A stretch of DNA of 63,317 bases, filler included, from Lenisia limosa (Eukaryota; Protista; Breviatea): the NCBI GenBank assembly GCA_001655205.1. It is 11 parts of 11 records of this genome, joined end to end, with 100 filler letters (N's around TTAATTAATTAA, not from the genome) between each part and the next. Parts side by side here need not be neighbours in the genome. Positions count along the whole stretch, not along the records: positions 1 to 20,407 come from LPNZ01004111.1; positions 20,508 to 26,062 come from LPNZ01005838.1; 9 more parts are not named here. One strand, 5' to 3'. The notes beneath the pieces are model-generated. The model saw only the letters and a program-made list of their open reading frames with translations. It searched no databases and was not told where the DNA came from. The translations under genes and the position numbers were made by a program. Position 1 is the first letter of the stretch; each line of letters starts with the position of its first letter. Positions 12,801 to 26,047 of the stretch are shown here, in pieces.

Positions 12801-15800
12801 CAATTCTTACGTTATGACCACCACAACTGTATCCCTGTAAAATGTATTTTCACCTTGTGCACGCCTAATATCTGTTAACAAAATATATTGTTCTTGACAA
12901 ACACCAAAAAATCTTGAATCACAGTGCAGATGATTGGTAGAGCAGGACGGCCTCAGTATGGAGATACCGGCACTGCTATTGTCTTAACCACTCCCGATAT
13001 GGTCAAGAAATATGAAGAAATGCTGAGAGGTGGGCTCTCAAAAAAAACTTCACAGCAGTATTGAAACTCTTCGTCTTAACCTAATTCAGGAACTGAGGAA
13101 ATTGAGAGCTGCCTCAAGACAAAAATGGTGGAACATCTGAACGCAGAGATAGTGTTAGGCACAATCTCAAATGTTGATGAAGCCCTTATTTGGTAAGAGG
13201 ATGAATGTTTCTGGATTTCAATCATAAATTAGATGATAATGCCATTTTGAGATATTCCTTACTATTAGGTTGAAGTCTACCTACCTCTACATTCGAATCA
13301 TGAAAAACCCTCAGCACTATGGAATCAAAAACGTCTCAAACATGGTAAGCTTGATTTTACCAAGGCTCTATTGAATTGAAATTTATATGATGCGAAATAT
13401 GACACAATACAACTCCCAACTTGTACATAATTGACAGAGTAGAATGAAATTGACATGGTGCTCAACCAAGTGCTGATGGAACAACTCAAGAGTCTGGCTG
13501 AAGTTGGCCTTATTGAGTTTGACAGCAATCGGTTTCATTTCATCACAACTGAAATCGGTGGGCTGGTTTCCCTTAAATGGTACAATAAATGTTCTGATAT
13601 TGAAATGCTGTTTTTCATGACGTCATCAACCACCTTCTGATTAAATCCAAACTCTATACCAAAAAGAGATTCCAAACGTAAATTGGTTAACAAATCAGGA
13701 AAGTCACTCAGCCGATACTATGTCATGTTCGAGACAATGAAGCAGTTTGCTACTCTGAATGCTGAGGCGTCACTTCAGGATATCCTATTCAATGTGGCTG
13801 GTATGTGTCATAAATATTCAATATGGCGAAGATGATGTTTGTCTATGCAGGTAATTGTATTCAAAAATAGCTTAATACCCAATATTCACCCAACAAGGAG
13901 CAACTGAATTCGCACACTTGACACTGCGCCAAAACGAAAAGTCGCTCATTAACCAAGTCAATACACAACCAAATATCAGGTACGAAGGGTTGAAAACATT
14001 GTAACTTTCTATTGAGGATTTCTTTTGGGTTCAAATAACCTTATCGCCTTGTGATATGAAGTGCAATTAAACCAATCTTAACTGCATTCAGATTTCCGAT
14101 ATTAGACCCCAAAAAGAAAACTCCCAAGCCTGGCAAGGTCAAAGACAAGAACTCCAAGATTGCTCTATTAATCCAGGCGTCTCTCGCGGGCCTTCAACTT
14201 GACTGGTTGGTACTTATATTTGATGAAAATATGTATTATATTATAGACAGGATATGATTTATTATCAGAACTGAAGGTTAACATTTCCCAATTTGCCATT
14301 TATCTCATGTAGGACATTGGCACAAGAGGCCAGCTACGTCTTGCAGAATGCTCCAAGACTGACACGGTTTGTGGAGAACATGTTCTTTTGCCGGTCATCT
14401 GTGTTGAAGATGGTGTCTGACAAGCATAACATACGTCATTTTCAAATACACAGCTGTCTGATGGACTACAAAATGCATATGAAGCAGTTCAAAGCCAGTC
14501 ATGGCTCATTGGTACTTGGAAGATGTATCCAATCAAGGTCGTGGGAGGTATGAGGGCTGGGTGCTTACCAAGGACACTACTGTTTTCTTAATGTAATATG
14601 ACAGTCAATTGAGTGACGGACATGACAAAAACACGATTTTTTCTAAATAGGAATGACAATAATTGTCCTCATTTCATTAGTATGCTGAAAATGAGGTGCG
14701 TCAACTTGAAAAAATCGGACCCACATATTGTCAAAAGTAAGTGCAATATTTTCAAGCTGTCTTCACGCTTTTTCTTTCAAATACTCCTTATCATGACAAT
14801 CAGAATGACAGATGCAAATATTCGAAGTATGCTGACGCTGTCCATTCAGCACCCTGGCGCACTGGAGGCTATATTGGGCAGAAATCCCGGTGGGTAAATA
14901 GAACTGACAATTTGATGAGTATTGGAAAGCTACGGGGTATTATATTGAGATGAAGCACTTGTGTGGGATCTACCATTTGGAGTAACATATCGAAATTTAG
15001 ACTCATTAACAATACAATGCAGCTGACTCAGGAAAAACACGTACTTTACATTAGTTATTTTGCACATAACTAAGCATTTAGGATACCCTGAGCCCTTTGG
15101 TGTTAATATCGTTGAAGCAGCCAAGTCTGTTATGTCGCTCAAGGCCAATGTCAAAGTTGAACAGGTTTGTCTACCACACAGTTGGAAGCGTTTGGAGTTA
15201 ATCACAATCTTATTGTGAAACAAATGTAACGTCATCTCTCAGACCGACCGAAGTCCTCAGCAATTTGAGGCTGCCCTTCAAATCACGATTGAGAGAACTG
15301 AGGAGGATTACTACAGCAGCTCTGCACCAAAGAACATCACTGGGCGAGTTGGAGGAGGAAATGTTTTAACAATTTTATTTCATAGTATTTAAAATTGATG
15401 AAGCAGATTTCCGATACTACTTCTCACCGCTCAGTTTGTACTCCTAGTAGGCGACGCCTCAAATGTAATCGTTCTTCAAAAACGGTACGTTGTCTTCTGT
15501 TGGATTACATGAAGATTTTAACCCAAATAAAAGGCCTCAACCTCCCCTTCACCATCAGACTCAACAATCCGCTGCCACCACAGCAAGTGTACCAAGTGTC
15601 CGTCAACCGCAGTACTATTCAGCCTCCTCCACCAGCTCAGACCAAGGGCAAAGAGCAAGTCCAATCCCCCCAGCCAATCGTTCAGACTATCAAGGTGGGA
15701 TAAGCGACCCCGTAATTTGAACAGCTCAGTGATGTTGTGATTCAATTTACAACTCCTGTATATCTTTGTTAAAAAATGGTAAATGCTGTAAAATGACAAT

Positions 15801-18800
15801 TAACACTATAATAAACGCCAATTTTGTGTACTCGTCTGTATTATGCAATTGGACAACCTTTCATCTTCCAGGTTTCCCTCCTTCACGATAACCACACTTG
15901 TCTGGATACAGTGGTATCCTTCACCCCCAGGTATGTTCATTTTAATAATCGCAGTGATATCTTTTTTTTATTTAAAAACACCTGAGTATAAAATGCGTTG
16001 TTTGAGTTACCATTCAACTAAACCTTAATGCTTCAGTAAAAATCGAGACTTTTTGTTCTTTTGGAACTGAAGTGACCACAAGCCTACCTCCCATCCCTTT
16101 GACCCCCCAGATTCCATACCCCCCGTCCCGACCAGCTCAAAGACATGTTCCGCGCTCATCAGCCCGTGCTGGACACTTCTAGCCAATATTTCAACCAGCA
16201 GCAAGCAGGCCCGCCCCAACAGTCTTTCAGGCTTTATCGCAATACGCCAACGCAAAACGCTGCGCCAATTCCGCCACATCTCCGAGCCGGGGCCAGAACT
16301 GGACTAACCTCTTCCGACATGCAGAACCCTGAGATTGCCGGGATTCCTCCGATGACCAACTCCCCAATGACGATTGACCCCTCTTCCGGACAAAGTTCGG
16401 TCAATTCAATTCCGACTGGACCAGCCAAAGTGGACTCCACCAGTTTCAACAATTTCGACTGGAGTGATGATGATAATGACAGCATTGCCGCTCAATTGGA
16501 GGCCTTGTCCCCAAAGTCCAGTTTACAAACCCGGGCTGAAAACATTGCAATCCGCATGAAAAACCTTGAAAAGACTCTCAAGGAAGGGTTAGATAGTAAT
16601 GATTCTGATCCTGGTTGCTTCTCCGCATCATCACTCGAGAAACCCCATGATCAATCCAACAATACAATGTCAGCGGCCCAGCCCCCGAACCAAGTCCAAC
16701 CCCCTAACTATTCCAACAATGCCTCACTTGCTTCGAACCTTCCTGCATTCCAAAACAGCTTCCAATTCAGTCAAATGCCCCCAGCGAACCAGCAGAAAAG
16801 ACCTCATATTCCCTCGGCAAACTGCATGACGTCACAATCCCAACACAGCAATGGCCAAGCCCCGCCAGGCCAGAATCAACCCTGCACCAACCTCCAGCAT
16901 CCTCCCGGACCCACAGGACAACGAATTGGCAACAACCTCTCACAGATCCAGTCCTCACAGCTTCAAAACCTCAGCCAAAGCATGAAGCAGAATCACAATC
17001 CCCTTGCTAATCCAGGGTCTCAACCGAGCCCTTCCTTCACCCCAGGCAAGAAGCTGATAGTAGCTGTCAAGCCGCGCGGTGCTCCTGATCGGCCCTCTCG
17101 ACCGAGCCACACTCCAACAACACCGGTCAAACAAAGCCGCCAAGAAGAGCATTCACAGCTCTATGCCAAATCATGGAGCCATGTAGCCTCTAGCTATGAC
17201 CAAAGGCAGTTGAAGCAAAGTGACCCGACAATCACGCCGCCACAAGCTGCATCTTCCGCTCTAAATGGACCAAATCCTACCAGACCAAGTCACAAGCAGA
17301 ACAGTCATGAACACTCGTACTTCAGCCCGCACACCCCACCCTATCCATCCCAGTCTAATTACCAGGGACAAAGCAGCCAGCAGAATCAAGTAAGCTGTTT
17401 ATGATATCTTACCATTTAATGTGCCATTCTTGGACAACTCTGATAGCCCAATATTTGAAATCGAGTCTTTTCTGTATTTCATAAGAACTTGACAAAAGTA
17501 ACCCATACTAGATTCCACAGCCGAAGCTTCCTGTCATCCAGTCTGCACCCCTTCAAAGCATGCCGCTGCAGACCAACTTCGAAATGGCCAAGGTGAATGC
17601 TCCAATAATTCCATCACTTCGTTGTGAATTCATCTCTCAATGTTATTACAATATACTAGTATATCACTCAGTCCTTTCTACTTGCCATATTATAAATTGT
17701 CACATCACTTAAAAACTAACATTGGGTCACCATTCAGCCATTTGAGATTCCCAATGAATCGCCACTACCCGAGAAGACCACGCAAATTACCATGTCTCCT
17801 GACTTTAAGATGCCGACCACTAAACCCATTTTCAGTGGGTAGGGGGACAACGTGTATTTTGAAATTGATGGGTGACACTATTTAACAAACGTTCAATTTC
17901 AAAATGGTGAGTCATTTTTAATATTTTGTCCAATTATTCTACTGTCCCAACAACTTTGGTCACTTCCTCTGGAAACATCTTGGGAAAAATTTTCCATGAC
18001 CTCTTTTTATACCTTCAGATCCAGGTCACCAAAACAACGACAAAATAGCGACGGTGAGTGGAATGAAATTGACAATTGATCGAATACCCATCTCTCAATT
18101 CCAAAAAGCTCAATAATCACATGAATAGATATGAGATTGAAATGCCATTGTTAATGATGTTCCTTTCACTCTGCAGACGATCTCTCCACCCAAGTTCCAG
18201 CACTACAGACCACAAAGACCGCAGCCTTCTGGTATGCAAAGAGTTTAATACTGTTGTTAAACACGGTCAGAGACTGGCCCTTAACATATCCCAAAAAAAA
18301 CCGATTTAATTGAGTTTCCCTTCAGAGTAACCAAGTCAGAGTAACCAAGTCCAAAAACGTTGTGATCTAATATATAGTGCCCTTAAATCCTGACAAAACA
18401 GCCCCCTCAAACAATGTGAAGTCCCCGCCAAAGCCGAATTCTAAACCGCTTCAGCCCAAGGTAAGGAATTCCTGCTTCTTCAGGGCATGAAAATGAATTC
18501 CAATCAACTAACAACCAGACTACTTTGGTGGTACCCTATTTTTTTAATGGATAATATTAATATAGCAATGAGAAATAAAAAATTAGGTTGTATCTGGCCG
18601 CCGTCCACACCATCACGCTTTTAAAAGATATTGAATCATAGTCTAATATTAATTCACGTTTTACAACTCTGTGCACACAGCTTTCTGCGTGCCTCCCCAG
18701 CATACATAATAGTTTTATGACACATGTCGTCTTCTGGACTATCTGTAGTTTCTCTCAATTAATACACATCATTTGCACAAAAAAACACTTCAATTGAAAA

Positions 18801-19569
18801 TGTTTGATTTGAATTGTCACTTCAGTTTCACCAACTGACCTTCCCTCATTTGATTTGAATTGCCATTCACCCCCCACCACCACAGTTTATTCCGCCCAAC
18901 CAGTGTCGGAAGAACAAAGCAGATGATGCCGATATTGAGGTCACTCTTGACGACATCTTCTCGGAAGTGTCGGAAGTTTCGGAAGTGGAAGAGCCCAGCC
19001 CGGCTCCCAAGTCAAGCTGCCTCAAACAGACCCAGGTAATTTGGCCGATGTCATTGTGACACACTACGATCAAAAACCTGAAAAGGCTAGGAATGCACAT
19101 CATCTTTCCCAATACTAAAGCAGGTTATCTCCAAAATCAAATCCCCTAACCTCGCCACCAGCCCCTCGCCTCAAAAGCCTCCAACGCGATCTCAACCCGG
19201 GCCGTGTGGTTCAACAGCCCATCAGCGACCAAGAAAACCGAGCCCCAGCAATCTCAGCACTACAGCATGCCAGAAACAAACATCATCCTACCAGCGACCC
19301 CCAAGATAATCCCAGTCAAGTTTCCTCCTTCCAGGCCCACCCTTGGAGCCAGGCGGAAAACAACCCCGGTCAAAATACCGGAAAATAAAGTGCCAGTAAA
19401 CCTGCCCAATAAGGAAAGTCCCAAAAGAGAACGTCAACCTCCACCAGCGTCTGATTCCCCCCAATCTGTTACTGAATTCAAGCCCAAGGCCCAGGCACCA
19501 CTCAGTATTCCCATCTCCTCCACCTGGGGAACTTCAATGGGAAATTCCGATTTTGATGACTTGTTCTAA
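9887..19569 (+). CDS. HFM1: Meiotic Ski2-like DNA helicase MER3/HFM1 with Sec63 domain and a long low-complexity C-terminal tail, many exons
   Basis: NMVIGAPTGSGKT (motif I), TTPEKWDSLTRKWKD...VIDEVHLL-ERGTALEAIVSRMK, FGDEYRPVKL, FIFDRNLNYK, GFHHSGMAFADRRLVEGLF, CATTTLAQGVNLPA, MIGRAGRPQ and IESCLKTKMVEHLNAEIVLGTI...WLKSTYLYIRIMKNPQHYG. The phase-2 junction at 15930/16110 links it in frame to the Q/P-rich ORF 16145-17404. Confidence 0.9.
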
Positions 19570-19751
19570 ATATGGTATGTTGTGCACAATATGGCTGTAT
19601 ATTTATTTAATTCATGCTATTTGGGGGTTATCAAAATACTGCTAAGGAAACTGGGTTTAAGTTGTTTCAGCTAAATTATGATAGAGAAAGATCCGTGAAA
19701 TAAGTTAAACCACTACATTAAATAAATATCAAAAAAAGGAGACAGGATACT

Positions 19752-20123
19752 TCAGTCCTGTGTACCAAGCCTTTCATACTCCTCCAACCCTGAAAGATGA
19801 GCTGAGAAAAGGCTTCTTTAAACAAGTGAAAGGGAAAGGTGGCTACGGGAAGGAAAAGAACAATATCGTCATTTTAACCTTTCAAAGAAATTCGATAATG
19901 AGCCTGTCCGTCATCATTATTAATAATCAGAATCCCTGAGTGAAAATACACAATCAAATGGGGAAACGTGGAAATCACGCTGTGGATATGCTAAAGAACA
20001 AAACCCCTACTATAGAACTGACTTGACAGAACCCCCACTTACCCTCTAAGTTGACTCTGTCTCTGCCCTGTGGCTTCTTAACCTCCTCTAAGATGCGGCG
20101 CACATCATCATCATCAGCCTCAA
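19752..20123 (-). CDS. Last two exons of an unidentified gene truncated by the scaffold end
   Basis: VEADDDDVRRILEEVKKPQGRDRVNLE-GLEEYERLGTQD* with plausible AG/GT sites. Confidence 0.4.
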
Positions 20124-20149
20124 CCTGTGGGGTGATGGTAGGAGATGTA

Positions 20150-20407
20150 TGATGATGAGATGATGGTGATGGTGATGGTGATGATGATGATGATAAGATG
20201 ATGATGATGATGATGAGATGATGGTGACGGTGATGGTGATGATGATGATGATGATGATGAGATGATGATGATGATGATGATGAGATGATATGATGAGATG
20301 ATGATGATGATGAGATGATGGTGATGGTGATCAGATGATGATGATGATGATCAGATGATGGTGATGGTGATCAGATGATGGTGATGGTGATCAGATGATG
20401 GTGATGG
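20150..20407. repeat. (GAT)n/(GATGGT)n imperfect microsatellite at a scaffold end
   Basis: Directly visible GATGATGAT/GATGGTGATGGT/GAGAT array running into the spacer. Confidence 0.95.
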
Positions 20408-20507
20408 NNNNNNNNNNNNNNNNNNNNNNNNNNNNNNNNNNNNNNNNNNNNTTAATTAATTAANNNNNNNNNNNNNNNNNNNNNNNNNNNNNNNNNNNNN
20501 NNNNNNN
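20408..20507. other. Artificial scaffold spacer (N44-TTAATTAATTAA-N44; stops in all six frames)
   Basis: An identical 12-mer flanked by N runs occurs at 20452, 26107, 31267, 38648, 40130, 48583, 55463, 58923, 60419 and 62104. Confidence 0.97.
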
Positions 20508-20539
20508 AAAAACAAAAATCCTTGCAACAAACCCCTTCC

Positions 20540-23500
20540 CCCCTCCATCGTAACACGGATATAAGGCGACACAGCAGCAACGTTGGGGATGACAAACTGA
20601 GTCAGAGCAGGCATGGCATTACCAGAGTACTTCTTGGAGGCAAGGACAAGAGGGGTGATATGTCCTATAAGTATTAGCATTAATATCAACTATTTGTTAT
20701 TCCATATACTATCATAGAAGTCTTCCAGGGCTTTTGGAGTGGGGGGGGGGGCTTTCCATTTTCTCAAGATGATGGTTGGAATGGCCCCACCGAAAATGAA
20801 AAGGGCCGCATCCATGACCTTGACCTGCCCGAAGTCGGTGGTGGNNNNNNNNNNNNNNNNNNNNNNNNNNNNNNNNNNNNNNNNNNNNNNNNNNNNNNNN
20901 NNNNNNNNNNNNNNNNNNNNNNNNNNATGTGCAGTTGGAGCTGACAACATTTTTGAATGCGCTCATACATACACGAAAGAGAGTTACACAAACCCATAAG
21001 ATATCCCATATAATGGAGATTTTATGTGACAATCACAACCAATGGCGGCCTAGCATACTTTTGGAAGGTGGTTGAGATGAAGGGCATGATGAGGGGGAAG
21101 AAGTCCTTTCCGCGGTTCTCAATGAGAGTGTAGAGGCAAGACATGGCAAGGGTGCGCAGACTGCCCATCAGGGCAAGTTGGGCTGAGTGGTGACAGGGTA
21201 TGAGAACAACAGAGGATATTGTTGATTTTCTATAATGAAACTAGAAAATGGTACGGATATAGGATACAACATGAAAATACTATTATATATATAGTAATAG
21301 TATATCATATGATATAGTACATGAATATATTAGTATCATATACTTTCACAGTCCAAAAAGCCTCAATCAATAGCGTGTTATTAGCTCCCATACATACTGA
21401 GATTTGATCTGACGTATTCCTGAGGCTCATCTCTCCACATCTCAACATCGGCGGCCGTCATGGTCAGGTGCGGGAGAAGAACACCCTAAAACATCATACC
21501 CAACAAACAATATCGATTTTTGATGTCAAATTGATCACGATCGAGAATGTTAGATAAAAGGGGATTGATAGTTTAGTTAGTTATTAGGCCAACCACACTG
21601 CCGACGACAAACCTCAACAAAGATCTCCTTGTTCTGCTTGAGAATGGTGTAGGGCTGGGCTAGAAGAACACTAGGATGTGAAATAATCATGTCAACATAT
21701 AAAACACTTTTCCCCTTTGTTACATACTTTGTATCCACAATATCGTACAGCCTACCCACCTGTCTTGGAAGTACTGGAGGTGTGCGAACCACTCCTTGGT
21801 GCTAATGAACATGGCGTTCTTGTCTGCAGAGATTATATGAGTAAGCCTCGGAAACTGACAAAAATAGTCAATCTTTCAATTATTAGAAGATTCGTAGTCT
21901 ATGATACACTATTTCAAGAATTATTTGAGAATGTCCAAAATCAGTCAAGGCCCTATCTTACCTTGGATATTGGCTGAAACTGCCTTCATGATTGAAGAGA
22001 GCATTCCCATCACCCACTTCTACAAACCAGTTAGCAATAAATTCATACGTCTGCCTTTGTATTTTTCAAAAACTGGGAACCAGACAGAAACAGCACATTG
22101 AGACGAAGGATATATGATATATGTATGCTTACATTGTTGGCATGTTGGAAGAAGAGCTCATTGGCAGGCTTCTTTTTCTTGTTCTTCTTCCTGCTTTGTG
22201 AGACATGATAAAATTTGCCATGAAGACTAGTGTTTTGATCTTATGTTTTACTTTTGATCAAAGCACTTTTTCACCCATTAACCAAATTATAAGAGCCCTC
22301 ATTTCTCAAATGGAGGTAGTCTGAAGCGATAATAACTTATCAGGCTTTGTTTTAACACAGAGTATATATCATATGTATGTCTTGGGCTTCCCAACGGTCC
22401 CAAAAAAAGACTGAATCTCTCGATAAATCCTCGATAAATATCGATATTGTAACGGTCTTTATCGGACCGTAGGGAAGCCCTACATATGTCCCATGCAAAC
22501 TTTGAGGGTTTGAAATTAATGACGTTGTCCAGGATACGGGAGCAGACGCGGACAGCCCACTTGCGAAGCTTCACCCTAAATAGTGACAAGGCTGTAGAGA
22601 GCTATTCCTCAACAACAGTAATAATCTATAAAATAGTGTTACGTTAGTCTAACTTCGTAGCCAGAAAGACTGATTACTATTGATTACTATTGAGGATATT
22701 TCGCCCAAATGGTCCCTTTTCTTTACCCTGTATGATAGCCAAAGGAGCATACTGGGGCTGATCATTGCGCTCATCAATGTCCTCCAAAAGACCGGTGGCG
22801 GGGGTCTCAATAATGTGGCAAATCTCGGTCATCCATCTGCAGTGGTCATAGCAAAAACGTTTGGGAGGCGGTAACATCATAAACAAAGGTGCCGAATCGT
22901 CTGTACAATGGTTCATACATATTTCAAAAAATTAATTAATTCGATTCTAAATACTCATGCCCCTACCCATCAAGAAGAGCAGTATCAAGTAGGTAACCGG
23001 GGGTGTGCTTCTACAAGGGTTAATGTGAAGTAAGCGACCTTTTCAGACAACAATCGAAAGGTAAACTGTAAGAAATTGTATCCCCCCCCCCCNNNNNNNN
23101 NNNNNNNNNNNNNNNNNNNNNNNNNNNNNNNNNNNNNNNNNNNNNNNNNNNNNNNNNNNNNNNNNNNNNNNNNNNNNNGCGCAGCCTCAGTGGACTCATT
23201 GCGAAGGGCCTGGAGCATATGCAGGAGAACGGGAAAGGCTGGCGCAACTATATCGTGAGTGCTGCCCTGTTGTGCTCTTGTATTCGCGTTTTACTTGCTT
23301 AAACTATGCTCCCTAATAGTAAACGAAATCCCCCACGATGTTGGTCCATGATGGGGCGGCGTTCGGAGTTGAAGGCCCACTCATCCCTCTTCGCAAGACA
23401 GTGGATGACCGAAAGTGCACCGTACATGAGGTGAACGTCGGGCTTCTCTGTGAGTGGTGATTGGTTGGGGAAGTGTAAAGGGAATTATGACGGGTTAGTT

Positions 23501-24668
23501 TGGAATGTGGTCTTAGATACATGTATATCAAGGTTAATCTGAATGAATAAGTTGATGGTATCATTTCGAATATAATGTGATGAAGCTCAAAATATGATTG
23601 TGTATACAGATCCAATACTACATTAACATAGACTTTCAAATAATTGTTGTGAGAAGTTAGTAGGGTGGTGTGAAAACCCCTCGCACCAGCAGTGACAAGC
23701 CCCAGAGTCTTGGCTACAGCATCCGGCATTCTATCGGGGAAAGCAGTGCGGGAAATGAAGATGAAGGCTGCTTGCATTTGGGTACTAAAGTGGGATAAGA
23801 TTGAAATCTGAAGAACTGGTATATGCAAGATTTTGATATCAAATGGAGAAACGAAACAATATATCGACCACTTGTTATAGCCACAATCAGGCCTACCGGA
23901 CAAGCTCGGGGGGCACAATGCATGCCATAACAATGTTGTCAAGGATGATCTGAAAAGTTATAATAGGGGGGGGGGGGGNNNNNNNNNNNNNNNNNNNNNN
24001 NNNNNNNNNNNNNNNNNNNNNNNNNNNNNNNNNNNNNNNNNNNNNNNNNNNNNNNNNNNNNNNNNNNNNNNNNNNNNTACTAGAATATTGCCTCAAACCG
24101 CACCTGTTTATCAGCATCGGAGGTGGAGTACTCAGTAGAGGGTCTGAACACCCTGATGACAAGACGTTGGAAGGTCACAGCTCCGGAGAGACGGAGTTGA
24201 ATCTGAGTGGTCATTCATAAAATATTAATAAAACAGAGTAATTTGTCCAAGAAATACAAATTGAAATTGATAACTAGATATGGCTGTACTCTACAAACAA
24301 ATAAACTGAGTATGTATGAAGGTAGAAGTCAGCTATTGATGAAAGTTCGAGGAGATAAACTATCTTGTTCACATACATAAAAATAGCAAAACATATATCT
24401 TGTTTGCCTTATTGCTACTAAACCAGAGCTCTCCGGATAGTACAAGAAACCCTTCAAGCCAGGCCTACATCAGCATCTTCAGAACAGATCATCTGAAGGA
24501 GGGCCGGCAAGGCTCCAGGAATGTTGGGAATATTGGTAAGAAACCTAGTGGCTTCTTCACGCTCTGTAGCAGACGCGCTGATGCTTGCGAGAAGCGCCTA
24601 TGGAAAGATAGCATGAGTAAACATTAAACTAGGCGAATACCCACCTTCTGAAGGGTAATTTGGTCCAT
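20540..24668 (-). CDS. IPO7: Importin-7/8 (Nmd5/Sxm1)-like karyopherin, N-terminal part, truncated by the scaffold end
   Basis: MDQITLQK-ALLASISASATEREEATRFL...ALLQMIC, QLRLSGAVTFQRLV (IBN_N), RWMTEICHIIETP...DERNDQP-VKLRKWAVRVCSRIL, TILKQNKEIFVE-GVLLPHLTMTAADVEMWRDEPQEY, VMDAALFIFG and FVIPNVAAVSPYIR. Order matches importin-7. The assignment is family-level only. Confidence 0.75.
22382..22482. mobile_element. Family-1b MITE (TIR TAGGGCTTCCCTACGGTCC) in an importin intron
   Basis: Inverted ends and the same core as 1a. Other 1b copies are at ~942-1022, 26788-26889, 37143-37221 and ~61936-62030. Confidence 0.85.
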
Positions 24669-25118
24669 CTTGAGTTCAAAACGTTAACTTAGATGATACT
24701 TAAACACTTCAACAACGGAAAAATACTTCCAACAAAACCAAAATCAGACTTCGACAATCCGTCTTTATAAACAGACACTACACAGTGCAAGTAAGCAGAG
24801 TGTCTTCCACAAAAAAAGGTCAAAAAGAAAATTTTGGATTGTATTTTTATGATTACTTTTGATTACTACATAATTTTGATGAGAGGGTGGGAGCTTGTGA
24901 GTGAGTTGCTGATTTGCATTTGATATAAAAAACGAGACTAAAACGCTGGATGGCTAATGGACTGATAGACTGGTGTGCTCTGTATGTGCTGACTGAACCA
25001 CCTAACAAATTGAAAAACATTGCGCAACCAACTGATATGAAATAAGTTGATACATTGAGATCCCTATACTGTACACAAAAATAACAAAATAAAACCGAGG
25101 AGAAGTTCTCCTATGAAA

Positions 25119-26047
25119 TTAGAGAGCGTTTTCACTGTCAAGTCCGAAGTTAGGGTTCATAAGGTCGGCCTCGGACATGCCCATGTTGAACATCATTGGC
25201 GGCTCTTGGGAGCAATAAGTATAGGCAAATACGAATGGACCATCAAACTATCCCTTTGCTCAGATTCTGAACCCTCTCCCCCCACCCTGCTGCAAACTGC
25301 CGCCGTCCATAGCCGCCATGCCCATGTCAAGACCAGGNNNNNNNNNNNNNNNNNNNNNNNNNNNNNNNNNNNNNNNNNNNNNNNNNNNNNNNNNNGTTGC
25401 CGGGTCCATCGGCAGTGGAGCTGGCGATCCGAGGAGAGGCGCATCCTCCCTACGGTTTCAGATCCAAAGATCGAGAATGAAGCCAACCCAAACACCCCTC
25501 ACTGATCATCATCGTCACTTGACGAAGCGTTTGGGTTCCACTGTCTCTCCATATACGACACAAACGTTGAGATCGCCTCGTGAGGAGCCATGGCTTTCTG
25601 AACAGTTTTAGTGTCCGGTCGGCTTGAAGGATACTGAAAGGAGAAAAGTATTCCACGCACCCGGCGCCTCCGCGCACTCCCCTCTCCCCGCCCACCTGAG
25701 CGCTCCTCCGCGCCACCTCCTTGACAGCGGACTTTGCTCCGTCCATCCATTTGAAGAGGGCCCCTTCAACTGCCTCAGAGGTGGTGTCTCGTCTGGGGGT
25801 GAGAATGGCCTTGGTTTTTCGACTTTGAATATAAATTATTCTGTCCCTCCCAAGTTGAGTCAACTCATGCATTTCATATTTTTCAAACATCGTTTTCAGT
25901 TTTCATGTACAATAGTCAGATATGATATCACGAGTTTGATACTGGGACTTGATGCTATATCAGTCATATTCCTGCCAACTTTGAAGGAGTGGTGCGACGA
26001 GCATTGTCTCGGGTACGTGACGATGCCGAAGGGGGTGGCGCAATACT
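25119..26047 (-). CDS. 3' part of a hypothetical gene
   Basis: Phase-consistent exons: ...EGALFKWMDGAKSAVKE..., AISTFVSYMERQWNPNASSSDDDDQ-EDAPLLGSPAP...GLDMGMAAMDGGSLQQ-EPPMMFNMGMSEADLMNPNFGLDSENAL*. No family recognised. Confidence 0.55.

Noticed and set aside
18325-18352. 14-bp duplication CAGAGTAACCAAGT as tandem acceptors in MER3
   Set aside because: With the upstream exon ending in phase 1 or 2, either AG gives an immediate stop; the acceptor near 18400 fits better.
20150-20407. GAT array as a poly-Asp/His coding region
   Set aside because: Frame-breaking GAGAT units and its position upstream of a minus-strand acceptor indicate an intronic microsatellite.
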